A stretch of 35,535 bases of DNA from a virus (taxonomy: Duplodnaviria > Caudoviricetes). Below the pieces are notes generated by a model. It worked only from the letters and a program-made list of their open reading frames with translations. It ran no database searches and was not told the origin of the DNA. The stretch lies in IMG/VR virus record IMGVR_UViG_3300025131_007285, positions 1 through 35,535 of that record; one strand, written 5' to 3'. Numbering within the stretch: position 1 is the stretch's first letter; every line of letters starts with the position of its first letter. The position numbers and the translations under genes are program-made. Shown here one piece after another: positions 1-8,998 of this stretch.

Positions 1-252
1 ACGCTATTAAAATTTCAACATGAGCTAAATTCAGCAGTCACTGCTCATACACATGCAGGTATCGATGGCAAAACTCGCGTTATAAAGAGTGAAGTTGTTG
101 ATTCTGTGGGACAAAATACCACGAGTGCTCATAATACAACTTCGATGACAGATCTTGAAACAATAAAGTCTAATATTGAATTGATCCGAACAAATTATAT
201 CGGATATCAGGCAAAGAAAAGTTATTTGAGTCGCTGGAATTTTGTTAATTAA
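1..252 (+). CDS. C-terminal 83 aa (5'-truncated) of a probable baseplate central spike protein (P2 gpV / T4 gp5-like position)
   Basis: Frame 1 is open from base 1 to TAA at 250-252: TLLKFQHELNSAVTAHTHAGIDGKTRV...YLSRWNFVN*. The HTH (HxH) at 46-54 matches the iron-binding apex motif of P2 gpV / phi92 gp138 spikes, and the gene lies upstream of gp25/gp6-like genes. Missed by the ORF track because the start codon is outside the window. Confidence 0.6.
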   Translation, partial: TLLKFQHELNSAVTAHTHAGIDGKTRVIKSEVVDSVGQNTTSAHNTTSMTDLETIKSNIELIRTNYIGYQAKKSYLSRWNFVN

Positions 253-254
253 AT

Positions 255-3200
255 ATGGCAAACATTAATCATAAAAAATCCAAGCCTATGATTTCGGTTG
301 ATTGGACCTTAAACAATAACAGGAGTAAGCCATTTTATCAACCAAAAACGGAAGTATATCCTCCAGCTGGCAAAACTACAAAAGATGCCGATCATATTCA
401 TCAATATAATGTGGATGAATATGGAAACGGATGGGCGCTAGAACATAAACACCTACAAGATTCGAGAATTAAACATAAACATAAAATAGTGAATTGGGTT
501 GTTGAAGAATCTCAAAGCAATTGCTATCCTCAATGTGAAGCTCAATTCGGAAAAAGAGGCTCACCACCACACATCCATATATTAGATGAGCCAAAGATAC
601 AAAAATTCCCTGAAAGATATTCAGTTACTGTCATATCTGATTATTTGAATACCGGAGGACAACTTTTACAGGATAGAATGAATTCATGCACTGGCTCGGG
701 CATTCAAAGAATTTTAAATTATTATAGCAGGAAACCAAATTCTTCTGTTCTTAATAGTGTTTTAACTGAAGAATATTATGTTTCTGAACGTCCCGGCGCA
801 AAGATGAAGGTATTAATTTCACTTCCATCAAATACAGTAGACGGGTTAGAATATAAAGATGCGCCAACAATAAACCGCACCGGCCTAAAAGAAATAAATA
901 TTAATACTTTTGGAATCGATGAAAAGATAATCAGTGCTAATAGTTTTTTAATAAAATATTTTGGCGAAATAAAGAAATTCCAAGGTAAAATTTTCGGCTT
1001 GGATTCTGATCGATTGTCCACAAGTTTATTGGGCGTAATACCTGCTTTAAGTAATTTAATGCTGGAAAATGAGATTGAGTTTTCTTCTGCCAAATCCACG
1101 TTAATAACGCTTTTTACCGATAGCGAATATAAAGTATTATCTGTTAGGTTTAATGACGGCGCTCGCCCAGTTTTAGCTAATAAAGGACTCGACACCTTTT
1201 TAGAAAATCGGAACATTCAAGATAAGCGGGCAATTTATCTATTATCTAAGCTTGATAAAATAGATGATATTCATTCTAATAATACACCCATATCGTGGAC
1301 TTCGTTTTTAAAGGATTATATCCTCAATCCTCCAGAATTTCAATTTGGTGAACAATTTCCACAATCTACAAATGTAGCACCCGCAACCAATGAGAAACTT
1401 AACAAAGATAATCAAAGTCCCGTAAAAACTGAAGAAGACGTTGTAAAATTTAAAGAATGGGTTGAAGAGCCATCAAATTTACAGGATTTAGATAAAAATT
1501 TAGCAACAGTATCAGATTTTGTTGGTGATGAAATTATTGGAAATATTAAAAATCTTTCAGAAATTGCTCATGACGTTGATAGCCTGTTTTCTGAAATTCT
1601 TAATGCAACTGGTTTAGATGAACTTATAAAATCTGCCTTGCACTGTGTTAATGTTGATACTGAATTTGGAATTGGAGAACTCAATGACGATCTTTTGAGA
1701 TCTACAACACAATTATTAACTGATGTTCAAAGCGTATTTTTTCTTCCTACGTTGGAGATTGAAGGTCAAAATCCTGAGATAGTTGACTTTATTCAGGGTA
1801 TTGCTACACAAATGTGGGAGGGAATAAAACAAGCAGCTCTAGTAACCATTGTTACAATGGTTCAGGATTTATTAAAGATGATATTTAATTTTTGTACTGA
1901 ATGTTCTGTTAGATCGGAAGATGGAAGTGTAAAAACCTATAACCAGTATAATTTTGGAGCAACCGGATGGGGTGGTTTCCTTGGAAGTGCCTTTTCAAGC
2001 GGGCCTGCCTGGGCTGCTTTAGGTAATCGAGCAACTGCTGGTGTTTTACAAGGATTTAATCAAACCAGATATTTGGGAGATTATGATGCTTTTGCCGAGA
2101 ATGTTTTAAAAAATAGCACACAACACATTGATAGATTATTAGATGATGAGGTTGATAGGACATGGGAGGAGATACAAGCAACTATTCTCTCTTATACTGA
2201 TGGTTCAAATTTATCGAACGCCCGCCAAAATATAGAAAGGGCTAAAGAAAGTTCTCTTGTTGTTGAATGGAGAACTAGATTAAATTTGAGTTCAGGCCAA
2301 ACATTAACTAAGAAAGGAATTAAGGATTGGTTAAAGAATCAAGAAGGTTCTCCTTGGAAAACTCATGCTTTTAAACAAGCCAGTAAAGAATATACTGAAT
2401 GGATGAACGCCAGCTTAACTGCTTTTACTCCTGGTGAACTTGGAAACGCACTTTTGGGTTGTCAAATTTCTGACGATGCAAAAGAGATTGGCCGCAATTC
2501 TATTCAAAATTATCCAGCTTTATGTCTTGCGATTTGTGGAGATAGTCCTGAACAAACTGATGATAATATTGCCAATTGTTATGCTATGGCTGGCAAATTA
2601 TTGGGACAAGATCCTATATTAACAGCGATTGCCGATCTTGCAGACGACGTTCCAGGCGAGCTTAAATGTTTGGACGATATTAACTATGATGAATTACGAG
2701 AAACTTTATTGAGAACTAAAGATTCATCTATGACACCCGAAGAAATCGCTGAACAAGTGCGAAAAGCTAAAGAAAGAAATAGAAAGCGCGTAAATGAACT
2801 TCTTGGATTATTGGGCAAAAAAAGTTCATGGGATAATCTCTCACCACAACTTTATTGTACAGCTAGTAGCGACGGAACAATTATACCAGGCATTCTTTCA
2901 TTAGATTCTCCTATCAAACAGGCGGCTACGAAAAAAACATTAGACACAATTTATGACTCTTTAAAAATGACTTTTAACGAAAATGCAACTTCATTTATAC
3001 CAGCATTAGGAACTAGAACTATTGACCGGGTAGTCGTTCCAAGAACAATAGAAGTTGATATTGATAGTGCTTGGGAGTTTTTTACTGAAGGAACTTCAAA
3101 AGTCATTATCAATCCAGACTTTGAAGAATTGGTTCAAAAAGGATTATATTCTTATGGCTCACTTCCAAATGGAGCAACAATTCCAAATACCAGAAAACAA

Positions 3201-6200
3201 CCAAGCGGAAGTATTTTTGGAGCCTTGTTCGGCTGGGATTCAATGCCTCGCGGCGATCCAATCAAATATAATTCGATATTGTCTATAGTAAACGATTCAT
3301 GGAATAACTGTCAAGGTGTGGGAATGTGGGAAGAAGGCGCAACTCGTCCAACTGGTGAACAAGAATTAGAGTGGAAAGAAGCAAACGAGACTTGGGGGGG
3401 AAGATCATTTGAGTCTACCGATGATTCCGATCAAAATCTTGGCCCTGGACAGACCATGATGGATTACGTACTTAAATATGGAAATTCACCGATCCCAGCT
3501 TACAAGAATATTGAAGGCGACATAAATTTTCTTCCTGGCTTAAAAGAGGTTTATAAAACCATGTGCTCAAATTCTGAATTATTTCAGATTAATTTAGGAA
3601 CCAACGATAATAAGTATAAATTAGGAGTTCCCAACAATCTTATTGAGGAATCTGGTGTCGATCTTAATAATATTTTATTAAGTTTAGATAATATTGGAAA
3701 TTTTGGCTCAATAATTAATAGTGTAAAGGGAAGTAATGTTTCTGAATATGATGTACAAGCATTGACATTAAATTTTAGAGAATCAATCAACGCCCTCAAA
3801 GCTTCAAAGTTTAGAATTATATATAATGTTCCCGGTATATCTCCAGCATCTACTCTACTAACTCAACCAACAAAAGATAAATATACAGTTGTGTTTGAGA
3901 TAGAATCATCTGCTCAAAATTCACCAGTAAGTTTTCCAGGCCCAATTTCAATTCAACCTATAAAACCAACCGTTCAAAAAGCAATATTTAACAATAACTT
4001 GCAAGTTAAATTTAGAACCTCAACCAGAAGTGATGAAAAGGTTCAACCACAAGAAGGATATTTTTATGACTTATGTTCAAAAATTTGGGGCCAACATATT
4101 CCTTTATATCGTAATGGGGTTAAATCTCTTGATATAGCCCCGGCAAGCACACGAATGGAAATATTAACACCAGCTGGCCGCGATCAGTTTGTTGATAATA
4201 TCCTATATAATCTTTCTTCAACTCCCGAAAAAGGAGCATATGAAGAATTATATAATGATTTATTCTGTAGTCTTACAGTACAAATTAGTGAATCTCCTTA
4301 TATGAATTATAAGCCTGATGATAGTGGTTTTGGGATGGCAAATGTTAATCTAGTTCCTCCACGTTATCAAGGTCAACCAAATTCATGTCATAAAACTTTA
4401 TTGGACATTGATTTAATTAAACAACAAATCATGATGGAATATGATTTGACTAAATGCATTAATAGATTCTTTAGAGATCCTAATGATATGCCTAGCAATA
4501 AAAACAGTCCATTTGAGATTGCGAATAGAAGTGGTGCAATTTTATTGATAATAAGATCGTTTGCGTTGGAGTTCTTGTTAAAATCTTTAGCAAGTTTTCA
4601 TTACTTTGCTCCTAATGCTCCAGAAGATGTTGATTCCGTTGTTATTTATCAATTATATAATAAGATGCATCAAGAGTTACCAAACTTGGCGATTGGAACT
4701 GATTTTTACAAATCGTTTCAAAAAGAAACTATTGAACTTTATAACAGAAATCGGCCAAAAGATCAACAATTAGACTTCACAGTCAATTCAGCTGGAATAC
4801 AATACAATAAGTATGAAAAAGCATTAAAATATATGATTCGTTATCAAGTATTTTCGGTTTCAAAACGATTATCGGATTTTGCAAAAGGCCAAGGCGATTT
4901 GTCACCTCATTCAATTCTAATGGAGAAATGGCTCCCCGCAGTTGAGCCACCAATAAACGATATCGAACCTCGTTTTGCAAACGAAGACGGTGGAAATAAG
5001 GTTCTTAAAAGCTTCGATGAGGTCGCAGGCGTTGTGGAAATTACCCAAGAGATGCAAGCCGCCCGAATGGGAACTTTGAGCACTAATGGCATTAATCAGA
5101 TTGTTGGAGTAATGGAAGGAGCTAACCTGCACGCGGGCCATGCTGCTCAACTCGGCACATTAATAAAAAGTTGGTTTAAACCAGACAAAAGATTAGAACA
5201 GTTTAAAAATTTAAACACACAAAATATTTTAAAGTTAACTGATGAGATATGGCCTGCGATTACAAGCCCTTGTTATTATAAAAGAAGATCAATGGGTGGA
5301 TATCAAAGAGAAGTTTCCTGCTTAGAATTAATTGCTGATAATCCGGTTTGGAGATATGGAATCTCCAATCCTGAAATTAATGCGGGGAGTAAAATAATAA
5401 GATTTTTAAAGGCTTCACAATTTTGGACAGGAGATTCAACTCCGAAAGCGGGTGCCCAAGGGGATCACACATGGGGTCGATTCTACGATTGGGTTTTCGA
5501 CGACGTTAACAACACTACAGGTAATATTCTGGCAAAAAGAGTTTCTTCTGGCAGAGGAAATAGCTATCCGCCTGCTTGGGAACCCCCTGTATTTAGTCCA
5601 GCTAGTTCAGGAACAGATCCAGACTGGGCGTCAGCACCTGTTGTTAAAAAAGCAGCACAACCATTTTGGGCAAGAACTTATGCAACACATGACTTCAGCT
5701 CGCATGGAACCGGAAGACTAGGAACGACCGATGAGGCTGCCACGCAGGACGCCTCACATTATGATAAAGAAGGAATGCTTTACAACCGGCTACTTGATGA
5801 TTGTGATGCCGAGCCGGATCCTGAACGTACAATGCAAAAACTTCGCTCTCAGCAAAGAGCCTTTTTTGATTATCAAGGAAATTCAGTGAACAAATATCAT
5901 GGCCGCTTGGCAATTTATCCAGATTTCAAATATCATGGTCCTGGTAGTATTCTGAAGGCATTAACACAATGGCAAACTGGATTTTTAGGCCGTGTCCAAG
6001 CCGGTCCAGGTTATGGTATTGCATTTAAAAGCTATAAAAAAGATACTACCGGCAATTATGCTGGTTATATTATTGGGCCGTATTACCCTGACTCAATACA
6101 AAGTAGTCAAAGTGAAGATAAGAGAATTGCTTTAAAAAAACGAGATTACGAGGGTTATTATGTTGATGAAAGCGGCCAACGGGCAGCAAGTAGCGGCGAA

Positions 6201-8543
6201 ACCTTAAGTTTCTTAGAAGCGTTAGCAAAAGGTTTGTCTAATCTTGGAGTAGGCGTTAAGTCTACCGCTTTTCCAATTCATCCAGTATCGAGCCCCCTCA
6301 GTAGTGATTGGTATCACCGTGCCGGTGACGCCCAGAATTTCGGGGGATTTGAAGGTTCCGGCGATGATCGGCATGTTAAAGTTGGTCAACCACGAGGCTC
6401 AAAAGAAGCCCTAGCAGATCGATTAATAAAACCATTTAGCGGAACCGAGCGAGCTAGATATAGGTCACATTTAATAAGTCTGTTTACTCGTCATCAATGG
6501 GGTGAAATTCAATATTTAAGTTTATTGGATTTTCCTTTGAAAGTTATTCCCGAAGTTTTAAAATATGAAAGATATATTTGTACTATTTTAAGAGATTTAT
6601 CTGCAAATCAAAGTGATGCTGATTTGGCTGTTCTTGGCCTTTCCCGCGCCGAACTTTTGGGCAGCGTAGGAGGGCATGAAGGTCGTCTTGCTGTGTCCGG
6701 TGCTGATGACACCGCTTTTTATGAATCACTTGTACTTAAATATTCTGATTGGATTACAGAATTTGAAGAAATTGTTGCTGAACTGACTGAAACTCGTTCT
6801 CAAAGGGAATGCTTAAAGACTTCTCTTGATGGTATTATACAATCTGGCAGAGAACCGCGAAATGAAATGATTATACCAAAAATGTATGATATTGGTAATG
6901 GAAATATTTTCTTGGAACCATATATCAGAATTGAAGATTATAGTGGAAATGAATCCTTCATTGACGAGATTAGAAACAATGTGGACTATGTGAAAGATTC
7001 AACTTCTTCTGGGAGAAGCGATTATACAAGAGGAGTGGTTAATATTGATAAATGGGGCGACTGGATGATGAGTGCCTTTGACGGAAACGAACCAAAAGAT
7101 AAATTGCCAGGTTCACGGTATTCAGGCGGCGGAGATTGTAACGATCACGTTCTATGCGCTGATTGTGGCGAGGATTTACCATCTTGCAGACCAACAATTA
7201 TAAGTATAGATGGTATCCTACCCGAGCCACAATTAATAGATTATTTTAAAAAGATATCTTATGGTGTGAGAATATGTTATTTACCATCTCCTGATGATTT
7301 TGTAGATCCTGCAAATCTTCCCACAGATACCCTTTTTGATGTAAACAAAACTGCTGATGCAGATTCCGTCGCAGCACTCGAAAAAACATTTTATGTAAAG
7401 GAGAGAGCCACTTTTTCAACAGGAGGAACCAAGGAGCGCGTTTTGCATCCATTTCCACTATGTTCCGTCGAAACTCCTATTGATATGATGGTAACGATTG
7501 CAGATGCAATAACGTTCACGGACGAACAGCAAATTGAAACACAGGCTGAAATGAATGAAAGATGCGCAGGTGATCCTGTCGCCCCACCACCGTCGATAAG
7601 AGTTAACTATTTCAGATCTTTGTTTGGTTCAGTTGTCACACCTGGAATTGAAGCACCACGAGATTATCTGAGAAGACAAATGATAGCAACGGAAGAATAT
7701 AATTTCTTATTTAAATATTGTTTTCCAGTAGATAGAATGATTTCTTTGTCGCAAATTTATAATTCGGTATATCTCTCTACGTTACCTAATTTAGAAAATG
7801 TTTTTACACCAACAAAACATGAATTAATAAGAATTTTCTTACGATCTTTGAAAAGTGGCGATTGGAAAAATGCATGTGAAATTGGAAATGCGGATATAAT
7901 GAATGCTGCAATTAACGGTATTCCTATTCCTTGGGCAGCTGTATTATCCTTAATTGTAAAATGGCCATTAAATGTTTATAAAGCATTTGTGGAACAATCA
8001 GACATGAATGTGGCGATGTCCAAAAATATTCAGAATGTTATTAAGGCTGTAAATAAAACTATGGTGACTATGCAAATGCAGGCAAAAGCACTTCAACAAG
8101 CCGCAGGCACCGCATGGAATCAAATTGAAGCGGCAACGCAATATGATATAACTAAAGAAGATTGTGGTTTTGGAATTGACACACCCGAAGCACTTAAGGC
8201 ACCATATCCAGATGGGCAAATAAAAGACAATTTAATTCCAGTCCCAGAAACTTGGATGATTGGTTTGTTGTTGTTTCCTCCACAAATTTGGGGTCCGTGG
8301 ACTGCACCGTTTGGGGTGCCCATTGGTCCTCACACAATTCCTTATTGGATCTTGGATGATCAACTTGTTCCTATTGATTGGTTTAATGCATTCCCAGATT
8401 GGTTGAATAATTTAGCAAGAGAGCCAGAGCGCCCTGCACTAGATCCTGGTGATGATGATTGTCCATTAGATTTTGGGGTTCCTGAGTTTAATGATCGGTA
8501 TGGGGGAAATAATAATGGAGGAAATAATAATTCTGGCGGTTGA
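255..8543 (+). CDS. Giant hypothetical virion-associated protein (2762 aa)
   Basis: Long uninterrupted ORF starting 2 nt after the previous stop, between the putative spike and gp25-like genes. Largely helical and acidic, with several hydrophobic segments and Cys clusters. No recognisable catalytic motif. The ORF is secure; its function is unknown. Confidence 0.85.
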   Translation: MANINHKKSKPMISVDWTLNNNRSKPFYQPKTEVYPPAGKTTKDADHIHQYNVDEYGNGWALEHKHLQDSRIKHKHKIVNWVVEESQSNCYPQCEAQFGKRGSPPHIHILDEPKIQKFPERYSVTVISDYLNTGGQLLQDRMNSCTGSGIQRILNYYSRKPNSSVLNSVLTEEYYVSERPGAKMKVLISLPSNTVDGLEYKDAPTINRTGLKEININTFGIDEKIISANSFLIKYFGEIKKFQGKIFGLDSDRLSTSLLGVIPALSNLMLENEIEFSSAKSTLITLFTDSEYKVLSVRFNDGARPVLANKGLDTFLENRNIQDKRAIYLLSKLDKIDDIHSNNTPISWTSFLKDYILNPPEFQFGEQFPQSTNVAPATNEKLNKDNQSPVKTEEDVVKFKEWVEEPSNLQDLDKNLATVSDFVGDEIIGNIKNLSEIAHDVDSLFSEILNATGLDELIKSALHCVNVDTEFGIGELNDDLLRSTTQLLTDVQSVFFLPTLEIEGQNPEIVDFIQGIATQMWEGIKQAALVTIVTMVQDLLKMIFNFCTECSVRSEDGSVKTYNQYNFGATGWGGFLGSAFSSGPAWAALGNRATAGVLQGFNQTRYLGDYDAFAENVLKNSTQHIDRLLDDEVDRTWEEIQATILSYTDGSNLSNARQNIERAKESSLVVEWRTRLNLSSGQTLTKKGIKDWLKNQEGSPWKTHAFKQASKEYTEWMNASLTAFTPGELGNALLGCQISDDAKEIGRNSIQNYPALCLAICGDSPEQTDDNIANCYAMAGKLLGQDPILTAIADLADDVPGELKCLDDINYDELRETLLRTKDSSMTPEEIAEQVRKAKERNRKRVNELLGLLGKKSSWDNLSPQLYCTASSDGTIIPGILSLDSPIKQAATKKTLDTIYDSLKMTFNENATSFIPALGTRTIDRVVVPRTIEVDIDSAWEFFTEGTSKVIINPDFEELVQKGLYSYGSLPNGATIPNTRKQPSGSIFGALFGWDSMPRGDPIKYNSILSIVNDSWNNCQGVGMWEEGATRPTGEQELEWKEANETWGGRSFESTDDSDQNLGPGQTMMDYVLKYGNSPIPAYKNIEGDINFLPGLKEVYKTMCSNSELFQINLGTNDNKYKLGVPNNLIEESGVDLNNILLSLDNIGNFGSIINSVKGSNVSEYDVQALTLNFRESINALKASKFRIIYNVPGISPASTLLTQPTKDKYTVVFEIESSAQNSPVSFPGPISIQPIKPTVQKAIFNNNLQVKFRTSTRSDEKVQPQEGYFYDLCSKIWGQHIPLYRNGVKSLDIAPASTRMEILTPAGRDQFVDNILYNLSSTPEKGAYEELYNDLFCSLTVQISESPYMNYKPDDSGFGMANVNLVPPRYQGQPNSCHKTLLDIDLIKQQIMMEYDLTKCINRFFRDPNDMPSNKNSPFEIANRSGAILLIIRSFALEFLLKSLASFHYFAPNAPEDVDSVVIYQLYNKMHQELPNLAIGTDFYKSFQKETIELYNRNRPKDQQLDFTVNSAGIQYNKYEKALKYMIRYQVFSVSKRLSDFAKGQGDLSPHSILMEKWLPAVEPPINDIEPRFANEDGGNKVLKSFDEVAGVVEITQEMQAARMGTLSTNGINQIVGVMEGANLHAGHAAQLGTLIKSWFKPDKRLEQFKNLNTQNILKLTDEIWPAITSPCYYKRRSMGGYQREVSCLELIADNPVWRYGISNPEINAGSKIIRFLKASQFWTGDSTPKAGAQGDHTWGRFYDWVFDDVNNTTGNILAKRVSSGRGNSYPPAWEPPVFSPASSGTDPDWASAPVVKKAAQPFWARTYATHDFSSHGTGRLGTTDEAATQDASHYDKEGMLYNRLLDDCDAEPDPERTMQKLRSQQRAFFDYQGNSVNKYHGRLAIYPDFKYHGPGSILKALTQWQTGFLGRVQAGPGYGIAFKSYKKDTTGNYAGYIIGPYYPDSIQSSQSEDKRIALKKRDYEGYYVDESGQRAASSGETLSFLEALAKGLSNLGVGVKSTAFPIHPVSSPLSSDWYHRAGDAQNFGGFEGSGDDRHVKVGQPRGSKEALADRLIKPFSGTERARYRSHLISLFTRHQWGEIQYLSLLDFPLKVIPEVLKYERYICTILRDLSANQSDADLAVLGLSRAELLGSVGGHEGRLAVSGADDTAFYESLVLKYSDWITEFEEIVAELTETRSQRECLKTSLDGIIQSGREPRNEMIIPKMYDIGNGNIFLEPYIRIEDYSGNESFIDEIRNNVDYVKDSTSSGRSDYTRGVVNIDKWGDWMMSAFDGNEPKDKLPGSRYSGGGDCNDHVLCADCGEDLPSCRPTIISIDGILPEPQLIDYFKKISYGVRICYLPSPDDFVDPANLPTDTLFDVNKTADADSVAALEKTFYVKERATFSTGGTKERVLHPFPLCSVETPIDMMVTIADAITFTDEQQIETQAEMNERCAGDPVAPPPSIRVNYFRSLFGSVVTPGIEAPRDYLRRQMIATEEYNFLFKYCFPVDRMISLSQIYNSVYLSTLPNLENVFTPTKHELIRIFLRSLKSGDWKNACEIGNADIMNAAINGIPIPWAAVLSLIVKWPLNVYKAFVEQSDMNVAMSKNIQNVIKAVNKTMVTMQMQAKALQQAAGTAWNQIEAATQYDITKEDCGFGIDTPEALKAPYPDGQIKDNLIPVPETWMIGLLLFPPQIWGPWTAPFGVPIGPHTIPYWILDDQLVPIDWFNAFPDWLNNLAREPERPALDPGDDDCPLDFGVPEFNDRYGGNNNGGNNNSGG
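8505..8531 (+). repeat. 12-nt direct repeat GGAAATAATAAT x2 (period 15) encoding the GGNNNGGNNNSGG C-terminal tail
   Basis: Copies at 8505-8516 and 8520-8531. Confidence 0.85.
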
Positions 8544-8559
8544 TCAATGGGCGGTGGAA

Positions 8560-8576
8560 GTAATTATTAAAGGAGG
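8560..8576 (+). promoter_or_regulatory. GTAATTAT putative late-promoter-like motif plus AGGAGG Shine-Dalgarno for the gp25-like gene
   Basis: GTAATTAT at 8560-8567; AGGAGG at 8571-8576, 8 nt before the ATG at 8585. Confidence 0.6.
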
Positions 8577-8584
8577 AACTTTAT

Positions 8585-8974
8585 ATGGGATGGCTAGCAC
8601 CAAGTTTACCACTAAGAAAAAGCACTGAAACGGGATATGTTCTTGTTAAGGATTATACAAAATTAGTAAAACAAAATTTTAAAAATTTACTTTTAACTGT
8701 TCCCGGCGAACGCATGATGGACCCTAATTTTGGTATTGGAATCAAAAGATTCCTTTTTGAAATTGATTCCCCATTATTATATGATAGAATATCATCTAAA
8801 GTTCGACAACAAGTTAATAGATATTTACCTTATTTAGATATCGAAAACATAATATTTAATTCAGCAACTGAAGATCCTACAATGGATTTAAATTCTTTAG
8901 GAGTCATAATAGAATATCGAATTGTTCCACTAGAGTTGAGTGATCAATTAGAAATAACTACTATTGTTGACTAA
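8585..8974 (+). CDS. Baseplate wedge / sheath-initiator protein, GPW/gp25 family (129 aa)
   Basis: Signature VKQNFKNLLLTVPGERMMDPNFGIGIKRFLFE, typical size, strong SD, and immediately upstream of a gp6-like gene. Confidence 0.92.
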   Translation: MGWLAPSLPLRKSTETGYVLVKDYTKLVKQNFKNLLLTVPGERMMDPNFGIGIKRFLFEIDSPLLYDRISSKVRQQVNRYLPYLDIENIIFNSATEDPTMDLNSLGVIIEYRIVPLELSDQLEITTIVD

Positions 8975-8990
8975 TTATTTGCTGAAGGGG
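8970..8990 (+). promoter_or_regulatory. ACTAATTAT motif and purine-rich RBS (GAAGGGG) before the TTG start of the gp6-like gene
   Basis: ACTAATTAT at 8970-8978 overlaps the gp25 stop; GAAGGGG at 8984-8990; TTG at 8999. Confidence 0.5.
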
Positions 8991-8998
8991 AAACAAAA

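Noticed and set aside
255-8543. Tape measure protein
   Set aside because: Size and helicity fit, but no periodic Trp/Phe repeats or TMP core motif were seen, and the position after the spike is atypical. Not fully excluded.
8535-8558. Terminator or operator at GGCGGT-TGATCAA-TGGGCGGT
   Set aside because: Only an 8-bp palindrome (TTGATCAA) and a 6-nt direct repeat. No stable stem or U-tract, so chance cannot be excluded.
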